DNA of 64,000 bases from Roseibacillus sp. (GCA_051251855.1 JBPOGI010000001.1:1280001-1344000), one strand, 5' to 3'; counted from the first letter of the stretch, positions 19,155 to 29,142 are shown. Notes: generated by a model from the letters alone, not told the origin. Made by a program: numbers and translations.

Positions 19155-20537
19155 TCACTGTTGCGATAGAGCCCGCTTCTCCGCTCCAAAGTGGCGCGCG
19201 CCTTCCCCAAAGACATGGTGGTCACCGATATCCTCTCGGGCCTTTTCGGCAATCTCTTTTAGCTGGCCTACCACCTCGGGATGCTCACTCGCAAGGTTGC
19301 TAGACTCTCCGATATCCACCTCCAAATCGTAAAGTTGGGGAGATTCGATACGCGCCGCATCCTTGGGAGCGATATGCTTTTTCCACTTAGTCGCGATACT
19401 CTCCTTCACCGGTTCAGAGTGAGGCAGCATCAGCTTCCACTTCCCCGACCGAACGGCTCGCAAACAATCATGCTGATAGTAATAATAGTCCCGCCCCACC
19501 GACTCCTCTTCGCCGTGCCAAATCATCGCAATGTCCACGCCATCAATCACCCGATCCTCCGGCACTTGACCACCTGCAAGGGCTACTAGCGTCGGCATCA
19601 AATCAATAGTCGCCGCAATAACCCCACTTTCCGAACCCGCCTCAATGCGTCCCGGAGCCCGAACAATACACGGAACTCTCAGACCACCCTCCCAACACGA
19701 AGTCTTGCCACTGCGCAGTGGCTCGGCATGCCCGCCATGGTCTCTCCGAATCAACCAAGGCCCGTTATCGCTGGTAAAAATCACATAGGTCTTCTCGTCC
19801 AACCCCAGCTCCTTCACCTTGTCCAAAACACGCCCCACATTGAAGTCCAACTCCTCAATGACATCCCCATAAAGCCCATGCGCAGACTTGCCCTTGAAAT
19901 CTTCCGAAGCCGCCAACTTGGTGTGCGGCATGGTGTGGGGTAGGTAGACAAAGAAGGGCTGCTCCTTCCTCTCCTCAATAAACTCCAGCGCCTCATCGGT
20001 ATAGCGTTTCGTGAGAGTCGCCATCTTCGCCTTCGACTCGATCTTCTCCGCTCCTCGATAGAGATCGACAAAACTATCGTTGCTACCCGGAGTCCAAAAC
20101 GAGACATCGAAGCCCTGCTTCTCCGGACGCAACTCCGGCACAAACCGACTAGGATTGTGCCCTGCCAAGTCCCACTTCCCAAACATCCCCGTCGCGTAGC
20201 CCAAGGGCTTCAGTAATTCTGCAATGGTGATTTCCTCGGAATGCATCTCCGGATGAATCGAGTTCGGATCCCCATGACGCGCCAGTCGCAAAGGATAACA
20301 CCCCGTCATCAACGCCGCCCGCGAAGGCCCACAAACCGTCTGGGCATAAAAATCCGTAAACCTCATCCCCTCCTGGGCCATCTGGTCGATGCGCGGCGTC
20401 TTGATATCCGGCGACCCATAGCACCCCAAATCCTGATACCCTTGGTCATCGCTGAAGATAACAATGAAGTTCGGCCGCTCCGCCGCCACCGATGCCGCCA
20501 AAAAAAGAGCCGTCACTAAAAGGATGTGCTGAATCAT
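19155..20537 (-). CDS. Formylglycine-dependent sulfatase (S1 family)
   Basis: RPNFIVIFSDDQGY, VCGPSRAALMTG (CxPxR), FGKW, FTSDNG; start placed at the MIQHILLV signal peptide. Confidence 0.93.
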   Translation of the reverse strand: MIQHILLVTALFLAASVAAERPNFIVIFSDDQGYQDLGCYGSPDIKTPRIDQMAQEGMRFTDFYAQTVCGPSRAALMTGCYPLRLARHGDPNSIHPEMHSEEITIAELLKPLGYATGMFGKWDLAGHNPSRFVPELRPEKQGFDVSFWTPGSNDSFVDLYRGAEKIESKAKMATLTKRYTDEALEFIEERKEQPFFVYLPHTMPHTKLAASEDFKGKSAHGLYGDVIEELDFNVGRVLDKVKELGLDEKTYVIFTSDNGPWLIRRDHGGHAEPLRSGKTSCWEGGLRVPCIVRAPGRIEAGSESGVIAATIDLMPTLVALAGGQVPEDRVIDGVDIAMIWHGEEESVGRDYYYYQHDCLRAVRSGKWKLMLPHSEPVKESIATKWKKHIAPKDAARIESPQLYDLEVDIGESSNLASEHPEVVGQLKEIAEKAREDIGDHHVFGEGARHFGAEKRALSQQ

Positions 20538-20790
20538 AGACCATATCCAAACTCCCAAAAAACCACCCCCAACGGAAGCCAAAACGGCCCGCGAGTCTTT
20601 CATTCTCTTGGGAGGGTCGGCTTCAGCCATCCACCGGTATCTCCTCTTTTTACGACTTCAATCGAATACCACTGTGATAAGCCACATGGTCGTGATACGA
20701 CGAAAGAAACGGGAAAGTGGTCTTTTCAAGCCGCCACCTTGAGCTATCGACAGTGAACGGTAGGCCCGCTCGATTCCGAGTCAAAACCAT

Positions 20791-21014
20791 GTCGTCGTTG
20801 GACTGTCGTATTTGGACAGACAAATTATTGACAGGACCGAAGCTAACCACCGGTGCACGCAAACCCCGAGGTGCCCTCTCTCTTCTCAAGAACCAACTAA
20901 CTATGGTGCGAGATTTTCAAATTCCATGACAACTTAGGCAAGAAAAGCTTCCGAAAGTCAGAAAGCGTCGGAGTTGGACCGATATAGTCGGACAGAGCAA
21001 TGATTGAGAAAACC
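20791..21014 (+). mobile_element. Non-autonomous (MITE-like) remnant of the RAYT/Y1 element: end motif, transposase 3' tail, second degenerate end motif
   Basis: GTCGTCGTTGGACTGTCGTATTTGGACAGACAAATTATTGA matches 24907-24947; 20834-20925 aligns with 25609-25700 (AAACCCCGAGGTGCCCTCT, GTGCGAGATTTTCAAA). Confidence 0.75.
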
Positions 21015-21070
21015 TGACTTCAATCAATTTCAACCTTCTTACGGCTCAAATCGTTTAGAGTAGAAGCCCC

Positions 21071-21937
21071 TCAGTCGACTTTTTGATTTGCTGGAATTGC
21101 TTTTTCGAGGGCTTGTTCGAAGGCTGTCTTTTCTGTTCCTGCAGGTAGACTCGACACGTATTCGACAGCCTCAGCGGAGTCTTTTTGCACCCAAAACCTC
21201 ATAATATCGCGCGCAAGGATATGGCGCTTCTTAGGGGGGTCATTCCTGAGCTCTAAAATCTCTGAATAATGTTGAGCCACTTCAGCAGGATCTGCGACGA
21301 CCCATCTTCTAGCGAAAGCCTGCGCCATAAGTGACCGGTTAGACCCGACCCGGGTATCTTGGAGTGCCTTGAGGACTAATTGGGGGTTGTTGGCGGTAGC
21401 TGTTGTCAGGAGAGGAACGACAAAGGCCTTGTACTCCGCAGCATCGTTAAAACTAAAAGGGCCGGAAAATCCCAGTTTACAGGCCCGAGCGGGATCTTCT
21501 TCGGCAAGATGCGCTCCCAGAAGAGAGAGAAAACTCAGCCTTGTGACTTCTCTCTGCGCAATCTTGGCTTCCCAATCTTCGAACGAACTCTCCGAAAGAA
21601 AGAGAGAAGCCTCCGAGTCGGCTCGCAAGGGACTTTTGGCCTGCTGATAGAGACGATCGAGAGATTGGGTGAAGGTCTCTCCTTGCTCTCCCAAATTCGA
21701 GCCCGAGTCTCTGATTAGTTGAGAGAGATGCGACTCCGATTTCTTACTACTCTTTGTGGGCAAATTCTGTCCGCCGCTCGATAAATCGTTTTGACTTCCA
21801 TCCTGAGCGGGAAGAACAAACTTCCCTACCCAAAGTCCTGCAAGAAGCGCCAACCCACAAGCGCATATCCGAATCATTTTTTCCTGGGACATCACTTCTA
21901 TTCTAATGGTTTTGTTGGAATTCCTCGCTTCTGACAA
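21071..21937 (-). CDS. Membrane-anchored helical-repeat hypothetical protein
   Basis: N-terminal TM segment; EEDPARA, ADPAEVA, WVQKDSAEAVEYV repeats; start uncertain. Confidence 0.7.
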   Translation of the reverse strand: MSEARNSNKTIRIEVMSQEKMIRICACGLALLAGLWVGKFVLPAQDGSQNDLSSGGQNLPTKSSKKSESHLSQLIRDSGSNLGEQGETFTQSLDRLYQQAKSPLRADSEASLFLSESSFEDWEAKIAQREVTRLSFLSLLGAHLAEEDPARACKLGFSGPFSFNDAAEYKAFVVPLLTTATANNPQLVLKALQDTRVGSNRSLMAQAFARRWVVADPAEVAQHYSEILELRNDPPKKRHILARDIMRFWVQKDSAEAVEYVSSLPAGTEKTAFEQALEKAIPANQKVD

Positions 21938-23180
21938 AATTGTTCAGAAACTGTTTCTTGCGTCCCTCGGGTTGTGCCTGCAACCAATTCTCAGCATCCT
22001 GTGGAGAGAGTTCGCTCCAACGAGAGTAAAAGTTCTTGAAACCTTTTCTGCCATCTTGAGTGTCCAAATAGCTTCCGCTGATATTTTCGAAAGCGGGGAG
22101 CAGGGTGCTCGGCTGCCCCTCACGAGCTCCCCGAACGACGCCCTGATAGACAAGTTGCCGTTGCTCATCATTTTTTGCGACTTCTAACAGATTGGGGTAA
22201 AGTTTGCTGTGATTGTCGACAAACCCCTCTGAGTATATTCGGATCTCGCTGTCGCTCCAATCTGAGGGAAATCCCCCTCTCAGATCCAAATCAGGGTCGC
22301 TCACCTTTGACCCTACGCTTTGATTGCCACTCGTTGAACCCCAGAACTTAATCCCTGAAAGGCGAGCTCTCTCACGCAAATTGGGGTCATCGATCAGGTC
22401 GGCGACTTGGAGCCCGACTCGCCCCTGACTACTGGTAGCCTTGTGCGTCAATCTGATGAGCAGCCCGTTCCGGGTTTCTCTATCCCAATGAGATGCAATC
22501 CATGCCGCCGCAGACTCAGGGTCATCCTGTCCCCACAATTTGGCGGTCTCGGGAAACAATTTGGCCTCCGCCTCAGGCCAGGTTTCAAACAAGCTATCCA
22601 CCAGCTCGGCCGCGCGGAAGGGACTGTGCTGAGCAAGCTGGAAACTATAGCTTTCGAGCAATGCGATGTCAGTGGGTTCCTTACTCTGCAAAAGTGCCTC
22701 CAAGGCGCTCTCAGAGTCAGAATTCAACCAGGTAAAAAGAACACCTCTGCGAGCTTCTTTGGGAAAGTGACTCTCCTTTCCCAACCCAGCCCAAGCAGCC
22801 ACCGGATCAAGTTCAGCCCACCTGGCATAAACAGCGGCCGCAATTTCTCCAAAACGGTCGAGGTGCTGCAAGTCGCTAAACCTTGCGATGACTTCCTCGA
22901 TTTCGTCGCCCGACAAACGAAAGATGAAAACTTTTAGGCGGCTCTCGATATCAAAGTCTCCTTCTTCGAGACCATCGTATTGAAGGATCGCCTCTATGAC
23001 GTCCTCGTTAGAAGGACGAGCTCGAACAGTCGAACTTTTGGCAGTAGGACGGATCGATGAAGAGCTCTCTTTGAGCTGCTGGCCTTCGTGAGGCTGTCCA
23101 TCAACCTGGCGACCGAGTGCAGTCCAAGTCACCGAGACCAGCAAACCTGCTAGAAAACAAACTCCTACCCACCACTTCAT
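21903..23180 (-). CDS. Membrane-anchored helical-repeat hypothetical protein (W..DPxxAxxW repeats)
   Basis: N-terminal TM; RWAELDPVAAWAG, WGQDDPESAAAWI, WSELSPQDAENWL. Confidence 0.75.
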   Translation of the reverse strand: MKWWVGVCFLAGLLVSVTWTALGRQVDGQPHEGQQLKESSSSIRPTAKSSTVRARPSNEDVIEAILQYDGLEEGDFDIESRLKVFIFRLSGDEIEEVIARFSDLQHLDRFGEIAAAVYARWAELDPVAAWAGLGKESHFPKEARRGVLFTWLNSDSESALEALLQSKEPTDIALLESYSFQLAQHSPFRAAELVDSLFETWPEAEAKLFPETAKLWGQDDPESAAAWIASHWDRETRNGLLIRLTHKATSSQGRVGLQVADLIDDPNLRERARLSGIKFWGSTSGNQSVGSKVSDPDLDLRGGFPSDWSDSEIRIYSEGFVDNHSKLYPNLLEVAKNDEQRQLVYQGVVRGAREGQPSTLLPAFENISGSYLDTQDGRKGFKNFYSRWSELSPQDAENWLQAQPEGRKKQFLNNFVRSEEFQQNH

Positions 23181-23257
23181 AACTTCCTAGGAAATAGACT
23201 ACCCTGCCACGTGTCTAGAGAGAATTTCGGTACCGCCAATAGGCCCCGCTATCGCCA

Positions 23258-23389
23258 GTCGTAGTAGCTGGACCGTCGTAGTTGGACTGACAAATTATTG
23301 CGAAACCGCTTGGACCCCTGAATTCCACATCTCAATCTCCCTAGAAGGCATAGAACCACGTCGCTACAATAGGACAGACAAACTATCGA
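23258..23389 (+). repeat. Two further copies of the RAYT-associated end motif
   Basis: GTCGTAGTAGCTGGACCGTCGTAGTTGGACTGACAAATTATTGCGAAACCGCTT (23258-23311) and degenerate GGACAGACAAACTATCGA (23372-23389). Confidence 0.75.
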
Positions 23390-23466
23390 TAATAGAATGG
23401 GTTGATGTTCATTGGCAAAAGTGTTTAGGAGAAGGGATCTGATTGATGTATAATTCCCAGCATCAC

Positions 23467-24789
23467 TTAGCGTTTCTTGCGAAACTCCTCTTCCGTCAAC
23501 ATGGAACCGTCGAAGCGGCCCCGTTCAAAATTCTCTTTTGAGATATACTTCGCGTCGAGAAAGTCGGCCCCCGCTTTGGTGAGGCCGCCGTCGGCGAAGA
23601 GGAAGGGAAAGCGTTTCAAGCGGGTGACCGGGTCGGCATTCTCGGCCCACTCCTTCCATGGTGCCATGGGTGCGCGTGAGTATCTCGCCGCATGGACCTT
23701 GAGATCGTTTGAAGTGCAGGACCGGAAGGGATCCACTTCCTCCATGGAATCTCCAACGCGAATTTCATCGAAGTAGACCTGGAACTCGCGTTCGTGCAGA
23801 CAGGGGTGATAGCAGCCAAAAGTGGTCCAGACAAAGCGCTTTCCTGATTCGGGATCTTTGGAATCCGAGGGCTCGGCCTTGAATCCCGGCACGTCCCGAT
23901 TGGCGATCATCAATTCTTCATGCGCAAGATTTTGAATGGTGTTCCCTTTCAGCTCGGTGATCAGTTGATACTCCGCGCCCCAATTCACTCCCGTTTCGTC
24001 GCTCGGCTTACCACAGTCGGCAAGCCAGAACTGAAGATGCCCACTTCCACTCCCGCTCATGCCAGAGTGGTGAAGGCCGATCTTCAGGATGACCTTGTAC
24101 CATGCTCCGGGTTCGATATCCACACTGGCGAGAATGGTCGGGAGCGGGCGGCGGCCCGAGGGATTATCCACATGATGAATGAAGCGCAGCACGTTGCAGC
24201 CGCGCGCTCTGTCTTCCGCGTAGGCGAACTTGATCGCCGCCGCCCGCGAAGTCCCCTGGGTCCAGGTCTGGAAAAGAATGGCCTCGCGTCTTTCCGGTCC
24301 AGCGGTGCGCGGGCTAATGGCAAAACCATACCATTTCACCTGGCCGAAATAGTGGAGGTTTTTCTCGAAGGTCGCATTGTCATACTGGCGGGTGCCAGGC
24401 AGGTCGAACATGAGCTTCTGACTGTAGTTCCGGTTATCCAGCTGGTGGGGTTTCGAGGTGAAGGCATAGCCATTTTTCCCGGTCGTACCGAATCTCGCTT
24501 CGGGTTTGGCTTCAATGCTCAGGTATTCCCGCAGCCCCTTCAGGCCCAGTTTATGATCGATGCCGTTGTCGTAGACCATGCCGAATGGCACACCGCCTCG
24601 GATGTCATCAGCATCGAGATACTGCTCTTGCTCCGCCTGCCCAAATCCGGCACCCATCCAGGCAAACAACACGAGAATGACGATCCCATGACCAGCAAAG
24701 GAAAGACGGATCATGCAAGGATCTGAGTGCAAGGACCGCATGGGCTGGCTTGTTGGAGATTTATCAGGACTGAGGAAATGGTGTAACAT
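23467..24789 (-). CDS. Secreted polysaccharide lyase-like (jelly-roll) protein
   Basis: KWYGFAI, ILFQTW, GAWYKVIL, TFGCYH, VYFDEIRVG pattern; signal-like segment after MIRLSF, so the true start is probably downstream of 24789. Confidence 0.55.
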   Translation of the reverse strand: MLHHFLSPDKSPTSQPMRSLHSDPCMIRLSFAGHGIVILVLFAWMGAGFGQAEQEQYLDADDIRGGVPFGMVYDNGIDHKLGLKGLREYLSIEAKPEARFGTTGKNGYAFTSKPHQLDNRNYSQKLMFDLPGTRQYDNATFEKNLHYFGQVKWYGFAISPRTAGPERREAILFQTWTQGTSRAAAIKFAYAEDRARGCNVLRFIHHVDNPSGRRPLPTILASVDIEPGAWYKVILKIGLHHSGMSGSGSGHLQFWLADCGKPSDETGVNWGAEYQLITELKGNTIQNLAHEELMIANRDVPGFKAEPSDSKDPESGKRFVWTTFGCYHPCLHEREFQVYFDEIRVGDSMEEVDPFRSCTSNDLKVHAARYSRAPMAPWKEWAENADPVTRLKRFPFLFADGGLTKAGADFLDAKYISKENFERGRFDGSMLTEEEFRKKR

Positions 24790-24900
24790 CTCTGCTTGAT
24801 ACGTGGGAGACTGGGCGCTTCATTCATCAAACCTTCCGACAACTCCTTTCGCTGCTAGGAATTTGCTTTTAGCAGGAGGGCCTTGAAGCCGCCTCTAAAC

Positions 24901-24958
24901 CGGACCGTCGTAGTTGGACCGTCGTAGTTGGACAGACAAATTATTGAGAAACCGCTTG
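24901..24958 (+). repeat. End motif upstream of the Y1 transposase, with a 14-bp tandem unit
   Basis: GGACC GTCGTAGTTGGACC GTCGTAGTTGGAC AGACAAATTATTGAGAAACCGCTTG. Confidence 0.8.
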
Positions 24959-24990
24959 CACCGACGATTCCCCCATCTCGAGCTCCCATC

Positions 24991-25704
24991 ATGGCTCAAA
25001 CACGTTGGCTGGCACCTTGGAAGGATGACCCTCATTCCAAGGCGATTTATCATGTGATCAATCGCGTGGTCGATCGGCGCTCTGCATTTGGCGGAGAGAT
25101 TCAAAGATTCAAGAGTGTGATTGTGCAGAATGGCACCGCTTCTCGCACCGTAGCGGCTTATATTGATTTGAATCCGGTGCGAGCGGGAATTGTCGAGGAT
25201 CCGGCGGATTATCGTTGGTCGAGTTATGGTGAAGCTATGGGTGGCGGTAAGAAAGCTCGAGCAGGATTGGTGAAAGCTTTGGGAACGTCTCACAGCCAGC
25301 ATTCAAGAACGAACGTGAAAGTGAGCAGTGCGGCTCGTGCTTGGGCTCAGGGAGGGATTGGGAAGGAGTATCGCAAATTGCTTTTGAGAGCAGGACAAGA
25401 AGTGGTTCTCAATGCCAAGGTCGTGAAGAAGGGCATGTCCAAGGAGAAAGTGGAGAACGAACTCGCCGCGCTTGATGAGAGCACCAGCAAAAGCGACAGA
25501 GTGATCTCGAAAGTCATTCAGCATCGCATTCGTTACTTTTCAGATGGAGTGGTCATTGGAAGCAAAGACTCCGTGGAAACCTTCTTCAACCAATTCAAAC
25601 ATCGATTCGGACCTAAACGAACCACAGGCGCACATAAACCCCGAGGTGCCCTCTTCCCCCTCTAGAACCAACTTTCCACCGTGCGAGATTTTCAAACTCC
25701 GTAA
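24991..25704 (+). pseudogene. REP-associated tyrosine (Y1/HUH) transposase pseudogene
   Basis: YHVINRVVDRR and AYIDLNPVRAGIVEDPADYRWSSY are present, but the intervening HUH segment is missing (AFGGEIQRFKSV junction). TAG at 25663 corresponds to AAG in the 20.9-kb copy, so it is a premature stop. Confidence 0.85.
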
Positions 25705-25928
25705 AAACCGTCGGAGTGGGATAGAACAATGCCAGAGAACCTTTGGAAGGCTCCGTCACTTTCACTTTAGGATGGATTGAGCAGATCTCATTTATATTTT
25801 CAATATCCAAAAATGATACCTCCGCATGCCGTGGTGACCCCTATTCCGTCAATATTTCCGTCCTTGGTTTTCTTTCCTATGGACATCTGACCTGCCCGAA
25901 TGGAGAATCCTTGCTTAGATAATTATTT

Positions 25929-26909
25929 ATGATTACGCAAAAATTGTATCAGGGAGCTCTTTTTATTTTAGTGACCTTACTAGCTACCTTCACACCAAGT
26001 GAATGCAAGGCGGATATCACCCTGACCGGAACCGTCCCGACAGACTTCACTGAATTCGGCGTAATTACGGTTGTTGATTCGAACGGTATTCCGGACGTCG
26101 GAATACCTTCTGGATTCCCACTAGGAACGGTCAGTGGCGTCGACCTCGCTGAGGTGCGGTTTTTCTTAAATGTCACCACTGATACGCTCTACGTTGGGAT
26201 GAACACGTTTACGATCGCTGGCGATGTTGATGATGATGGAGATCCCGGAGGAACGAGTTCTCCCCTCGCAGGATTAGGAGGTCAGGATAGCCCGGACTTT
26301 GGCGGAACCGAATCCTTCGCGGTGATGCTTGACCTTGACGAAGATGGTATTTTCGATGTCATTGCGGGAGTTTCAACCTCGACGGACTTAAGCGGTTTCG
26401 CCGTGGCAACCTTTAGCGGCAATTCATCTACCCCAGGCCTTGCATTCGGAACGCCTTTGCCGACTCACACAGGCTCAGTATTCGCAAGCCCTTCCATAAG
26501 CACTCCCGATATCGAATTCACGATTCTTAATTTTTCAAACCTTCCTACCTCTTCTGGCAGCGACTCCGAAACATCGCTGTGCATCAGGGCCTTTATGGGG
26601 TCGTATAGCGATGCCGGCATTGGCCAAGACTTTGTTCCATCAGAAAGTAACAACGCACTGATTGTTTTTCCAGAACCCCTTGCTCTGAGCATCCTCGGAG
26701 TGTTAGGCGACACGCTCACCCTCTCCATCGAAAATATTCCTAGCGGGCAGACTTTTCACCTAAGGCAGTCTTCCGACCTGACCAGCTTCCTACCGCTCTC
26801 CTCTCCTATTACCTTCACTGACGCCACCCCGCAGCCGATAGCAATCACGGTAGAAACCGAAGCGCACCCTGCATTGTTTTTTTCTGCATACGCTGGCGCG
26901 TCGCCGTAA
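25929..26909 (+). CDS. Secreted hypothetical protein with Asp-rich motifs and a C-terminal Verrucomicrobia-type module
   Basis: Signal peptide; DVDDDGDPG, DLDEDG; TFHLRQSSDLTSF..ALFFSA. Confidence 0.75.
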   Translation: MITQKLYQGALFILVTLLATFTPSECKADITLTGTVPTDFTEFGVITVVDSNGIPDVGIPSGFPLGTVSGVDLAEVRFFLNVTTDTLYVGMNTFTIAGDVDDDGDPGGTSSPLAGLGGQDSPDFGGTESFAVMLDLDEDGIFDVIAGVSTSTDLSGFAVATFSGNSSTPGLAFGTPLPTHTGSVFASPSISTPDIEFTILNFSNLPTSSGSDSETSLCIRAFMGSYSDAGIGQDFVPSESNNALIVFPEPLALSILGVLGDTLTLSIENIPSGQTFHLRQSSDLTSFLPLSSPITFTDATPQPIAITVETEAHPALFFSAYAGASP

Positions 26910-27378
26910 CCCCGAAAATCATGTCGCCGCTGAATCGTCGCGAGAAAGGGGCCAGTCCTTGCACTTTAACATTTCTATCACAAGCGCGTCAAAGCGGCAT
27001 CGCCCGGTGGGAATAGCTCATGGATTCAGAGAAGAACGTTCCAGTTCTCCGCGAGTTTGTAGCGGCGACTTCTGCATTGGCCGGGTGGGATGAGAGAACC
27101 TTGTGCCGCCCATCCTGTTGCAAAGAGTGAGCCCGGTGTGCGGGGTGATGCCGAGAGCGTTGGCTCTCTCTTTGGTGGTGAGATAGCGGCTTTCCCAGAA
27201 GGCACGGTAGGGTCATTTTCAGATGGAGGACTTCATTTCGTCGGGCGAGGTCGTCTTGGTGATTCGACGACCTGAGGTCTTTCGCGGACCATCTATCAAA
27301 TGGTCCCTGCCAGCGTTTACCAATACCCAATCGGAACCCCTGACGATACGTATTCCCTCTCATCATCTTTTCAACAGC

Positions 27379-28782
27379 TCAATCTTTTAAAGTCAGAGTG
27401 AGCGGCTTTGGGTTCTCGACCAGACCAACCGGGCGGACTTCTCTTGCCATCTCGGATTCAAAGTCTTTCATCGCTGTTCTTAACTTCGCCACAATTTCAG
27501 GGTTCTGGGCTGCGAGGTTTTTCTTCTCTGAGATATCTTCTGCGAGATTGTAGAGCGCCTCTTCGCCATCCGTGATGCGGAACTTCCAATCCCCCCAGCG
27601 AACCGCTTCTAGGTTCCCCCAGTAGGCGTAGAAGAAATATTGGTGCGGACTTTTCGCTCCCTCGACGAGAACGGGCATGATGTCTTTACCATCGATCTCG
27701 CGGTCTGCATCCAAAGTCGCCCCGCTCACCTTGGCGAAGGTGGGCAGGATATCCATCGCGGTGAGAACCTCATCATTCACGCTCCCCGCAGGAATCCCAT
27801 TGGGCCAGCGGATGACGGTGGGCATGCGTTGCCCCCCTTCGAGAGTTTTTCCTTTCTTTCCTCGCAACGGTTTGGCGGAACCTCTGGAGGGACCGTTGTC
27901 GCTCGTAAAGAGCACGATGGTGTTTTCATCAATCCCCTGCTCCTTGAGAGTGTCCAGCACCTGCCCCACCGACCAATCGATTTCGTTTTTTGCGGTGTTG
28001 TAAATATCTCCCCTTCCTGGTGCGCCCGCTTTGCGAACGGCGGCATAGGACTTCCTAATTTCCTCGGAAGCCGCGAGTGGTCCGTGCGGTAAAGGATGCG
28101 CGAGATAGAGGAAAAAGTTCTCTTCCTTGTTTCGCTTGATGAAGTCGACCGCTTTTTCGGTGAACCGCCTGGTGAGATAATTCGTATCAGGATCCAGTTC
28201 AACCACTTCTTCCCCCTCCAAGAGTGGAAGCGGCGGAAACTTGAAATACTTCTGCCCGGGATGCTTCGGCATGATGTCGTGGCTGTAGGGCAAGCCAAAG
28301 AACTCCTCAAATCCCTGCCGAGTGGGTAAAAATACTGGTTGGTCACCCAGATGCCATTTGCCAAACATGCCTGTCTTGTAGCCTACTGATTGCGCCACTT
28401 CCGCAATCGTGGTTTCGTCAGGATTCAACCCCTTGCCGTCCCCCGCCAGACAAACTGGAAAGTGTTTTCCCTTTGGAAGGTTCGGCTTATCAATCGTCAG
28501 ACTCGAACAAATCTCCATGTCGATACGCTGCGGATAACAGCCCGTCATGAGTGCGGCGCGCGAAGGGGTGCAAACCGGAGCTGCGACATAGAAGCTCGTC
28601 AGTCGAGCCCCCTCCTTGGCCATTTGGTCGATGTGAGGAGTGTAAACCTGCTTTCCCCCAAAACATCCCAAATCGCCATAGCCCTGATCATCGGTGAAAA
28701 TAATCACCAAGTTAGGACGTTCAGCCGCTACCACGGCCCCCACCAAAAGGGCGGTTACCAAGAATATTCGTAAAATCATCAT
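27379..28782 (-). CDS. Formylglycine-dependent sulfatase (S1 family)
   Basis: RPNLVIIFTDDQGY, VCTPSRAALMTG, GKWHLG, FTSDNG; start at MMILRIF. Confidence 0.93.
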   Translation of the reverse strand: MMILRIFLVTALLVGAVVAAERPNLVIIFTDDQGYGDLGCFGGKQVYTPHIDQMAKEGARLTSFYVAAPVCTPSRAALMTGCYPQRIDMEICSSLTIDKPNLPKGKHFPVCLAGDGKGLNPDETTIAEVAQSVGYKTGMFGKWHLGDQPVFLPTRQGFEEFFGLPYSHDIMPKHPGQKYFKFPPLPLLEGEEVVELDPDTNYLTRRFTEKAVDFIKRNKEENFFLYLAHPLPHGPLAASEEIRKSYAAVRKAGAPGRGDIYNTAKNEIDWSVGQVLDTLKEQGIDENTIVLFTSDNGPSRGSAKPLRGKKGKTLEGGQRMPTVIRWPNGIPAGSVNDEVLTAMDILPTFAKVSGATLDADREIDGKDIMPVLVEGAKSPHQYFFYAYWGNLEAVRWGDWKFRITDGEEALYNLAEDISEKKNLAAQNPEIVAKLRTAMKDFESEMAREVRPVGLVENPKPLTLTLKD

Positions 28783-29040
28783 TTGAGTTTGAAGGAACTG
28801 AAACACCTCCAGCAAGCGCCAAACCTATCAACATCTTTCCCTTTGAAGTGAGATGGTGAAGGCCGGGACAACAGGCTTGGGAATCGGACCGTCATTGCTC
28901 CTAAGCTCAGACTAAACAACCTAGCTAAGCTGCTTCCTTCGAAAACTCTTTTGACAAAAAGCGTCTTAATTTCGGTGCTAAATTTGCAATCTCACCATGA
29001 AGAAAGACAAACTAACCCCTCAATCTATCGGTTAAAAAGA

Positions 29041-29087
29041 GAGGCGGCGGTCGGATTTGAACCGACGAATACAGGTTTTGCAAACCT
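29041..29087 (-). tRNA. 3' fragment of tRNA-Cys(GCA) serving as the island attachment site; not a complete tRNA
   Basis: Minus strand AGGT-TTGCAAA-ACCT anticodon arm, GTCGGTTCAAATCCGAC T-arm and CGCCGCC acceptor strand; no D-arm or 5' acceptor strand upstream; ~100 bp from the integrase. Confidence 0.85.
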
Positions 29088-29093
29088 ACATTT

Positions 29094-29142
29094 TCACTAA
29101 TCATTAGTGAGTTACAAACCCTTCGCCACTATTTCGCCACTA
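29094..29142. promoter_or_regulatory. Candidate integrase arm/accessory binding sites
   Basis: Palindrome TCACTAAT-C-ATTAGTGA (29094-29110) and direct repeat TTCGCCACTA x2 (29122, 29133) between att and integrase. Confidence 0.55.

Noticed and set aside
20791..24958. Repeated GTCGTAGTTGGAC motif as a CRISPR array
   Set aside because: No regular repeat-spacer periodicity, copies lie kb apart, no cas genes
25859..25880. Possible reversed fourth copy of the 22-bp promoter motif (TAGGAAAGAAAACCAAGGACG)
   Set aside because: Needs a gap and several mismatches and points away from the adjacent gene
26989..27366. 125-aa minus-strand ORF after the sulfatase
   Set aside because: No recognisable motif and atypical composition; may be a gene remnant but cannot be supported
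29041..29115. Complete tRNA-Cys gene
   Set aside because: 5' acceptor strand and D-arm are absent
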